From: Octopus sinensis
Taxonomy: Eukaryota
Direction of reading: 5' to 3'
DNA: 64,000 bases
NCBI RefSeq assembly: GCF_006345805.1
Contig: NC_043007.1
Span: 70,866,001-70,930,000 of the forward strand
This document shows, one piece after another, positions 54,474 to 64,000 of this stretch. The notes below the pieces were generated by a model, which saw nothing but the letters and a program-made list of their open reading frames with translations, searched no databases and had not been told where the DNA came from. A program made the translations under genes and the position numbers. How positions within the stretch are numbered: position 1 is the first letter of the stretch; the number at the start of each line of letters is the position of its first letter.

Positions 54474-54885
54474 GTCATTTTACAACTTTTCACTCAAACG
54501 TCTGTCATTTTACAACTTTTCACTCAAACGTCTGTCATTTTACAACTTTTCACTCAAACGTCTGTCATTTTACAACTTTTCACTCAAACATCTGTCATTT
54601 TACAACTTTTCACTCAAACGTCTGTCATTTTACAACTTTTCACTCAAATGTCTGTCATCTTACAACTTTTCACTCAAACGTCTGTCATCTTACAACTTTT
54701 CACTCAAACGTCTGTCATCTTACAACTTTTCACTCAAACATCTGTCATTTTACATTTCACTCAAACGTCTGTCATTTTACAACTTTTCACTCAAACGTCT
54801 CATTTTACAAATTTTCACTCAAACGTCTCATTTTGCAACTTTTCACTCAAATGTCTGTCATTTTACAATTTTCCACTCAACTTTT
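54474..54885 (+). repeat. 30-bp minisatellite, about 14 units
   Basis: Unit gtcattttacaacttttcactcaaacgtct, starting at +5 of the myosin donor site. Confidence 0.95.
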
Positions 54886-55606
54886 CATTCAAACAAATAC
54901 AAACCACAGGACTTGTAGTATCCATTTATGGTAGCAAACTCTATCTGTTTGCTTCTAAATATAAAATATATCTTATATGTCAACAAACATATAGGCATAG
55001 GAGTGGCTGTGTGGTAAGTAGCTTGCTTACCAACCACATGGTTCTGGGTTGAGTCCCACTGTATGGCACCTTGGGCAAGTGTCTTCTACTATAGCCTCTG
55101 GCCGACCAAAGCCTTGTGAGTGGATTTGGTAGACGAAAACTGAAAGAAGCCCGTCGTATATATGTATATATATGTATGTTTGTATGTTTGTGTTTGTCCC
55201 CTCCCCAACATCACTTGACAACCAATGCTGGTGTGTTTATGTCCCCGCAACTTAGCGGTTCGGCAAAGGAGACCGATAGAATAACTTCTAGGTTCACAAA
55301 GTATAAGTCCTTGGTCGATTTGCTCGACTAAGGTGGTGCTCCAGCATGGCCACAGTCAAATGACTGAAACAAGTAAAAGAGTAAAAGAGTAAACATGTCA
55401 ACCATATTTTTTTATGTTATTTTTGTGGAAATTATTATTTATTAATCTTGATTTTTATACAAACTCTTCATCGCAGAACTCCTTTCATCTATCACTAGCT
55501 TCTCTTGCAGTATGCTGTCTTAAAATTTGAGTTCAGTTTATGTTTTATTATTTTGTTGATTTGTTTGTCTTTTTCTAAAATCCTTTCCTTTTTCTCTCTA
55601 TTATAG

Positions 55607-55715
55607 ACAGAAACTACTAAATTTATTTTGCAATATTTATGTTCTGTTACAAATCATACGTCCTTCTGGGTTGAACAGCAAATCCTTGAAGCAAATACAA
55701 TTTTGGAAGCTTTTG
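55607..55715 (+). CDS. Unconventional myosin exon ([37 protein letters not shown])
   Basis: Pyrimidine tract plus tatAG acceptor, GTAAG donor at 55716. 109 nt, ends in phase 1, continues GK|TETTK. Absent from the ORF track. Confidence 0.97.
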
Positions 55716-55899
55716 GTAAGTTTTCTCTATGAGGTTATTATTTCAGGTCTTTATTGTTCACATGGCAGAATTTAAAATGGATTCACGTTTTCGGTTGATC
55801 GAATGAAAACTTTTCTGGAGGGTTTCCAATGACTAGTTCAAATGCATATGCAAGAGTAAAATGACCACAATTATATGGACCAACTTGAGGATTCTCAGT

Positions 55900-56400
55900 G
55901 TAACACACTTCGTTGTCCAGCTAATAATGATTTTGTTGTTATTAAAATGACAGATAAGGGAGGTGCTATTGTAATTATGGACAAGAGTGTGCATATTTTG
56001 GTTGTGAAGAAGTTTTAAATGACAAAACGTCTTATGGAGGATTACCTGTCAATCCGAACCCCAATTAATGACAGCAACTTGTAAAAATAATTTTGAAAAT
56101 GGAGAAAATCCATAAATGACACTGAATCTAGAATTTTGTGATAAAAGCAAAGAATATCTTATGGCCTTCTAAAAATACACAAAGATTTTGAAAAATTTCC
56201 TCTATTGCACCCAATTTGCAACAGGTATAAAGATTGCATAGCCCAAATTTTGGAGTGGCTGGATAGCTTTCTACTCCCTGTAGTAAAAAGTTTGAGTTCC
56301 TATATTCAGGATATTTTTGATTTTGTGTCCAAAATTTACAATTTTTCTAAGCATCAAAGTGGTGTCAAAGACTATTTTTTGTAACCATGGATTTTTTTTA
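55900..56400 (+). pseudogene. Old degenerate Penelope RT fragment in a myosin intron
   Basis: VIKMTDKGGAIVIMDK and YGLLKIHK remnants with stops and frameshifts. Confidence 0.65.
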
Positions 56401-56505
56401 CTATATCTTAACATTATGCACTGAGGCTGATGAAATTGGCTTACCCACTCCCTTGAAGGTGCTGGTCTTGTGCCAAAATTTGAAACCATTATTATTATTA
56501 TTATT

Positions 56506-56981
56506 GCCTTTGCACAGTTTCTAACACTGGAGATATATTATAGTGTCAGCTGTTCACTACCAGTGAACTAAGGTAACACCTCTTATTTTTCGAGCACCTT
56601 CTGGAGTATTCGAGTGGTTCCGAGCAGTGCTGTTTTCTGCAAGTGCTGCACCCTTATTGCAGCCCCTATTTGTTCCATGTACTTCTCGAGATTTTTACTC
56701 ATTGTTCCCAGGGCCCCGACAATCGTTGGTACTACTGCTACCTTTTTCATCGACCACAACTGCTTAACTTCCCAAGCTAACCTGTCATATCTCTCGACTT
56801 TTCTTTCTTCCTTATCGCATACCTTGTTGTCAGCTGGGCATGCTATATCTATGATCCAGCATAGTTTGTTTTCTTTCTCAATTAAGACTATGTCCGGCTT
56901 CCTATTCCCTATCTCATGGTCGCACTGAATCATAAAATCCCATAGGATCTTTGCATTTCCATTTCGATGATGCTTCAGGTT
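56506..56981 (-). mobile_element. R4/Dong-like non-LTR retrotransposon 3' fragment (restriction-like endonuclease domain)
   Basis: ILWDFMIQCDHEIGNRKPDIVLIEK...IIDIACP...KVERY...VGALG...LQKTALLGTTRILQKVL*, ~75-nt 3' UTR, (AAT)n on both sides. Confidence 0.88.
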
Positions 56982-57004
56982 TATTATTATTATTATTATT
57001 ATTA

Positions 57005-57046
<42 letters not shown>

Positions 57047-57092
57047 TGTTGTTGTCGTTGTTGTTGATATTATTTTTTCTTCTTCTTCTCAG

Positions 57093-57667
57093 GAAATGCA
57101 AAAACAGTCCGAAATGACAACTCTAGTCGCTTTGGTAAATTCATGCAAGTTTGCTTTGATGACAACAATCAGATCATTGGTTGTATTGTACAGGATTACT
57201 TACTTGAACAGTCCAGGATAACATTCCAGTCAGCCAATGAACGGAACTACCACGTCTTTTATCAAGTAGTTGCTGGTGCTGCAGCGAATCCAGAGATCAA
57301 GGAACAATATTATCTGAAGGACGTTACCACTTACAATTACCTGAACCAGAGTGGCTGTTACAGACTCGATGGTCACGATGATTCAGCCATGTTCGATGCC
57401 TTGCGTCTTGCCTTTGAAGTCTTAAATATTCCAGCAGTGATGGTCAGTGGTATATACTCGGTGATTTCCTCTGTTTTGTTGCTTGGCAACTTGCAGTTTG
57501 AAGATATTGATGGTGAGAAATGTCAATTAACAGAAAGTGACAAAGATATTCTAAGCAAAGTCTGTGATTTACTGGGCCTTTCTTTGGAAGGAATGATTGA
57601 GAGTGCCCTCTATCGTCAAATACATGTTCGCGGAACTGTTACTAGTATACCTTTTAAGGTACAAGAG
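57093..57667 (+). CDS. Unconventional myosin exon with switch I ([23 protein letters not shown]...[10 protein letters not shown]...ERNYHVFYQ...PFKVQE)
   Basis: ctcAG acceptor at 57091-92; phase 1 start matches the previous exon; GTTAGT donor at 57668; 575 nt. Confidence 0.97.
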
Positions 57668-57795
57668 GTTAGTGGCATTTATATTTCATCTCTTCTGCCA
57701 TTATAACATCAACGACTTCTACCACCTATTGTCCTTCTTATTAAGATTATTTTATCATCACATTTCTTATGGCCACTAGAATCATTATTTTATCA

Positions 57796-58824
57796 CTGTG
57801 GGTCTCAACCAGGGTCCATATGACCCTTTTGAGGGGTCCATATAAGATTTTATTGCTAAAATTTATGTGCAATAAATTGGTTGTACTTCTATAAAACAAA
57901 ATATTTTAACACTTTTGCATACAATTCCTAATATTATTTAATTATAAAATACAATAGGATCTTTTTAAACATCAAATGGCTATGGGGGTCCACCTGAGTA
58001 AAATAAGAATCAAAGGGGTCCATAGGTAAAGAATGGCAGAGGACCATTTAATCATGAAAATACAATGGGATTTTTTAAACATCAAATAGCTAATGGATGG
58101 ACCATAGGAATCAAAGGGGGACATAGGTAGAAAAAATGGCAGAGGACCATTTAATCATGAAAATATTGGGTTGTCCGGAAAGTTCGTGCTGATTTTTAAA
58201 GGAAAAAAAAAAGGTCAATAATAAATACTTGCCATTACATTTTTAATCAACCAAATATGAACCATTTTGTTGTACAATGTGTCTCCATGTTTCCTTTAAC
58301 TTGAAAATATGCTCTTCCCAGAATTTAGGTGGTTTCATGGCAAATAATTCATCAAGGTATCTTTTTATGTCATCCAAGGAATTGAAACTTTTACCATTAA
58401 GACTATTCTGCAGAGACCTGAATAAGTGGAAATCTGAAGGAGCAATATCTAGTGAATATGGAGGGTGGGGTAACACATCCTAGCCAAGCTGCAGCAATTT
58501 TTGTTTGGTTCCCAAAGCATCAAGTGTTGAAGATGAACTTTCTTATCTTCCATTTTAAAGGGTTACAGAATTAACACAGGTTATAGGAACATAAATCTTC
58601 CACGGAAAGATAGCTTAAACTGTGCTCTAGATGGAGGTGTAGTCAAATCCTATTTTATGGACTCAACCATGTTCTAAAATAAGTCGAAATGTAAGCTACT
58701 ATAAATCGGCATGAACTTTCTGGACAACCCAATACAATAGGATTTTTTAAACATCAAATGGCTAAGGAGGTGGACCATAGGAATTAAAGGGGTGCATAGG
58801 TAAAAAGTGGATGAGAACTCACTG
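57796..58824. mobile_element. hAT-like MITE with three internal ~100-130-bp repeats, hosting the mariner
   Basis: Ends resemble CAGTGGTTCTCAACC-type TIRs. The block ttttaaacatcaaatggcta...ataggta occurs three times. Confidence 0.55.
58164..58734 (-). mobile_element. Mariner deletion derivative
   Basis: TA-flanked TIRs ttgggttgtccggaaagttcgtgctgattt / aaatcggcatgaactttctggacaacccaa. C-terminal motif HPPYSLDIAPSDFHLFRSLQNSL. Confidence 0.92.
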
Positions 58825-59672
58825 TTCAACAGTTATCTCCATCATTTCCATCACCGCACTCTTCATCTCATTGCTTACGAAAACCATTCTACTCTCTTCA
58901 CCAGTATTACTGCTGCATTCACCTCCAGCTTTTTCCTCCCTACAATTCTCTTAATCCTTTCGTTACAAACCCAGCTGAAACTGGCTCTGGCTCTGAGTAC
59001 AAATGTCTTGTTTTCATAAGTTCTGAATTAAAATCTTCCACCAAACCTTAGTCACAATTTCTGTTCCTAATACTAGCTTAATAATAACTAAGTTATTTTA
59101 CTAAATTCTTTGTTATATTTAAAGTAATTGAAAGAAACACAGAGCATCTCAAAATAAATACAGTAACGAAAGGGTTAAGGTCATTCCAAGCCCATTCTAT
59201 CATCAACACCACCATCTCTCTAACACCAGACTCATTTGGCTAAGATTATTTAATCCTTTAGCACTCAGGTTACTCTGTCAAATGTAATCCTTATTTATTC
59301 ACATTGTTTTGAGTTAATCATGTATTATCTCATAGCTTTGAGATTCTGATGATGTAATTGTTTATATTTAGAATGCCATTGTAGGGTAGGTGTGAGTTGC
59401 TGGATCTGGGTAGTTTGAACATAAAACTCGAGAATATTTGGGCCAGATATGGCCGATTTAAATGCTAAATGGCTAATGACTACTACCACAGCTGCTGCTG
59501 CTACTAAACTACTACTACTACTACTACTACTACACTACTACTACTACTACCACAACTACCACAACTACCACCACCACCACCACCACCACCCACCACCACC
59601 ACCATACCACCACCACCACATACCACCACCACCACCACCACCACCACCACCACCACCACCACCACCACCACC

Positions 59673-59717
<45 letters not shown>

Positions 59718-60913
59718 GCAAACACTGATCGACTGATAAGTGACAAAGGGATGTGTATATAGTTGATTAATCTGCTAAGAATAGTGGCTAAGTCTCTCAC
59801 AAGTCAAACCCAAATGTCTTCAAAGAAAAGGACACATTCAAATTTTATTCAATGTGTCCTTTTCTGTGGATACCTATAGCTGTAACACCTTTCATCAAAG
59901 GTCTTCTTGGGCTAAACAACAACAACCCACCCCAAACATCTGCTGTTCTCCTGATTTATCAAACCCTATTCTACCAACATCATCATCATCATCATCATCA
60001 TCATTGTCATAGAATATTCCATCCACCTTACTAGACATGCTCCCACCATCACCATTTGCACATTTGTCAGACTTTTTCCCTCAGACAATCATCTTCATCA
60101 TAAAATCCTTTACAATATACTTACTGCCATCATTTCCAACACCTTCACCAACAGCCTTCTACTCTGACTATTTTAAACTTTTGACATTCAGATTACTCTG
60201 TCAAATTTAGTATTTATTTATTCACATTGCTTTGAATTAATCACACATTATCTTGTAGCAACAAGATTTTGAGGTATGGCTGTTTATTTTTAGAATGACA
60301 TTATAGAGTAGGTGCGACTGATTGGATTTGGCTAGTTTGAACATTTAGGCTGGATATGGCCAGTTTAAATACTAAATGGCTAAACTCCATTCCTTATATT
60401 ATCATCACCTGAACTAACCCCACTTCCACCAGAACTGTTGTCACTGTTGCTGCCACTCATCCCTACCATTTTGTCAAGTGGAGGCACATGGCCTAGTGGT
60501 TAGAGCAGCAGACTCGCGGTCGAGGGATTGCGGGTTCGAATCTCAGACCGGGCGATGTGTGTGTTTATGAGCGAAACACCTAAGCTCCACGTGGCTCTGG
60601 CAGAAGGTAATGGTGAACTTCTGCTGACTCTTTCGCCACAACTTTCTCTCACTCTTTCCTCCTGCATCTTGCAGCTCACCTGTGATAGACCGGTGTCCCG
60701 TCCAGGTGGGGAACCTATACGCCAAGGAAACTGGGAAACTGGCCCTTATGAGCCAGGCATGGCTTGAGAAGGAACAACAAAAGCCATTTTGTCTGTCATC
60801 TTGATGTTTATTCTTCATTCAATGTTTAATTTCATCATCTCATTTGCGGCAAATATCAATCTCAATTCCATTAAATATTCATTTCTTGTTTTCTTCTTGT
60901 TCTTGTGTTCCAG

Positions 60914-61063
60914 TCCAGCGAGAACCGACATGCCATGGCCAAAGCCTTATATTCTCGAACGTTTGCCTGGCTTGTAGACAGTATCAACAAATGTATCAAT
61001 CCCGGAACAAACAGATCCAAGTTTATTGGAATTTTGGATATTTTTGGATTTGAAAATTTTCAG
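60914..61063 (+). CDS. Unconventional myosin exon with switch II ([21 protein letters not shown]...[13 protein letters not shown])
   Basis: ttcCAG acceptor, GTAAGA donor at 61064, 150 nt, phase 0/0. The gene continues beyond the window. Confidence 0.97.
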
Positions 61064-62616
61064 GTAAGAAATAATTTAAGAGTGCTGAGTTCTCGAGTGG
61101 TAGCATGAAGTTCTTGGTGAACCAAGACTGCAAACTGGTTTCTGTTCTTCCTGGAGCTGTGTTAGTCCTTGAGAAGGTAGAAATGTCACAACCTATATCT
61201 TTATTTCTTTTGATTGTGAAAAAAAGAACTCAAGGAACTGATACAATTGTGTGAGCTAAATGAATATTGATTCGTTGATTGATTGATTTAGAAAAGATTC
61301 AATAGAAGATATATTCGTTGCCACCTTGATGTGAAATCTTTTTGTAGCTCTTCATTAAGTTGAGGACAGGTTTAAACACCTGCTATTAATACATTCTCTT
61401 TTTCCTTTTGTGCCACATCTCATCTCAATAAATACAACAGCAATAACAAGACGCACTAACAATACACAACAATAAAAACTCTTTAACAAAACAGCATTGA
61501 TATACATATGCATAAATGCATACATACACCTACGTTTACATACATACATCTACTTACATACATATGCATAGATGCACTCGCTCCCAACCTGCAAAATCAA
61601 TTTTTGCTCTTAGTACAAACTATGTGTTTAGCATGTCAACCACTTGATATTCATATATGTATAGTCATGTGTGAGTGTGTAAATATGAATGTATGTATAT
61701 TTCTTGGTGTAATGTCTAACATACTGATCAAGTCCACTATAATTACCACACTCCTACTACCATAGCTACTACCACTCCCTGTCAGACATTATCACCCTTC
61801 ACCACCACTGCCACCACCACCACCTCCACTACTGCCACTGTCACTGCCACCACCACCACTTTCACACCTGGAGAATGGAGTACTTCTTGTTGTACAAGTT
61901 TTTCCTTTTTTTTCCACCATGGATTGATTGATGTGCATTTCTGGAAATATTTATGAACAGATTAACAAGTTGCAATACAGATTATTGTTCTAGTTTCATT
62001 ATAGAAAAGTTTGTGTGAGTGGAAATTTGATTGATGGAAACTGTGTTGAAGACCATTCTGTTTGTATATATATGATGACCTTTAGTAAAGTTCATATTTT
62101 GACACTAAAAACATTTGAAGGAGATAAAAAAAAAGAAAGAAAAAAGAACAAAACTGAAGTCAGAATATCAATTTAATTCTGTTTTGGTGGTGGCCAATTC
62201 CAGTCAGATAAATCTTACTCTTGAGACTTTGGTTTTCATCATGTATCCAGTATTATTTTAAGAATTCTGGAAGGTTTAGGAAAGAGTTAAGTTGACAAAC
62301 TGAAAAGTGCCACAAAGGCAGAGATAGGCATAGGAGTGGCTGTGTGGTAAGGAGCTTGCTTACGAACCACATGGTTCCGGGTTCAGTCCCACTGCGTGGC
62401 ATCTTGTGCAAGTGTCTTCTACAATAGCCTTGGGCCGACCAAAGCCTTGTGAGTGGATTTGGTAGATGGAAACTGAAAGAAGCCTGTTGTATATATGTAT
62501 ATATATCATCATCATCGTTTAGCGTCCGCTTTCCATGCTAGCATGGGTTGGACGGTTCAACTGGGGTCTGGGAAGCCAGAAGGCTGCACCAGGCCCAGTC
62601 TGATCTGCAATGTTTC

Positions 62617-62697
<81 letters not shown>

Positions 62698-64000
62698 ATA
62701 TGTTTGTGTGTCTGTGTTTGTCCCCCCAACATCGCTTGACAACCAATGCTGGTGTCAGCAAAAGAGACTGATAGAATAAGTACTAGGCTTACAAAGAATA
62801 AGTCTCGGAGTCAATTTGCTCGACTAAAAGCGGTGCTCCAGCATGGCCACAGTCAAATGACTGAAGAGAGTAAAAGAGAAAGAGAGAGAGAGAGTATAAA
62901 GAGGTGATAAGCCAGCTTTGTGGGTTTTTTTTAAAAGAAATTTATATTTGTTAGGTGTAGAGGAAGGGAACTGTGCCTCTGTTCTTCATAGGTGTCAGTG
63001 ACAATTGAGATCAATGCCATTAAAATTCCTCTTGAATATTGCAAGCTGACATCTACTGGAGAGACATAAGGGGGTTCCAGAGGGAACACAATTTGAAGGT
63101 AGGACTGGTGGAATGATTAGTGTGGATCCCAGTGAGATGGGATGGATATAGCAAAGATGATAAGAGGCGGAAGAAAGGAATGGTTAAATGAAGGTGACTA
63201 AAGTTCAGTCAGCTCCTTGGAGCAGAGGCCATTACAGTAGCAGTTGCAAAGGTGCAGAGGGAGGAGACACAGCATGGCTTTTAACCAGATGCTGAAATAT
63301 GTTTGAGAATGCTACCAGTTGCTTCCTTTTCCCCATGGAACTGCTTCTTATTAGCATCCGTCCCTCATTCTCATCCTTTTCCTCCGATCAACCCACCTTC
63401 CCCATTCAATATAGCCACCCTTATGTACCTCTAACCTCCATCTCTGTTATCCCCCTACTTTCTGATTTATCTTCTTTCTTGAGCCACTTCTAATCCTCTC
63501 ACCTTATACCTGCCCCCTCCTTCATCAACCCACATCCACCCTTATTTATCACACACTACATTCACCTCTACCTCCATCTCTCACCATCTGGTACTCTCCT
63601 CTCACCCTGATCCAATATCTCTACTCTTCCTTACACTCACCTTCTTGCAACCTGCGAACTTGTTCTGGCACCTTGTCACCACTATCTTTATCTTCTTTCC
63701 AACTACTACTACCCATTTTAGACATCTCTGCTTCTCCCTTTGTTGTACTTCAGCTTCTCAACACCTGATATATAATCACTTCTCCTTCTCTCAAATGCAC
63801 TCTCCAATCATATGAAGAGCTTTTTCCTTTTCCATTGTGGTACCACATAAAAAGCATCCTGTACACATTGTGAAGTAGTTAATTTGAAGAAGGACATCCA
63901 GCCATAGAAACCATGCTGAAGCTGACGCTTGAGCTGGACACAGTCCTGTAGCGCATCTAATTCTGTTAAACTGTCCTATACATACCAGCATAGGAAATGG

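Noticed and set aside
54474-54885. CRISPR-like appearance of the 30-bp (and 22-bp) arrays
   Set aside because: Units are contiguous with no unique spacers, there are no cas genes, and the context is eukaryotic.
54470-54934. HFTTFHSNVC repeats as a real part of the myosin protein
   Set aside because: A canonical donor at 54470 and the in-frame next exon (TETTKF) show the repeats are intronic. Kept only as a retention hypothesis.

Overview
AT-rich, microsatellite- and retroposon-saturated animal DNA. The SINE families, (TA)n/(CA)n/(ATT)n density and intron style point to an octopus genome (inference, not verified). The only well-supported host gene is an unconventional myosin on the + strand. 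Five spliced exons (50493-50555, 54326-54469, 55607-55715, 57093-57667, 60914-61063) join in frame into 347 codons of motor domain, covering the P-loop GESGAGKT, switch [10 protein letters not shown] and switch II DIFGFE. Its N-terminal and downstream exons were not found in the window. The rest is mostly mobile DNA: (1) a GC-rich, 5'-truncated Neptune-type Penelope-like element with an uninterrupted RT frame, a GIY-YIG nuclease damaged at both halves of its motif and a minimal hammerhead ribozyme; (2) two R4/Dong-like 3' fragments and two copies of a ~545-bp fixed-end non-coding element, all inside (AAT)n arrays; (3) a family of (TA)n-flanked fold-back elements; (4) several tRNA-derived SINE families with swapped heads and tails; (5) piggyBac-, mariner-, pogo- and hAT-type MITEs and a Helentron-type element. 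Most entries in the ORF track are microsatellite artefacts. Coordinates of degenerate repeats are approximate.
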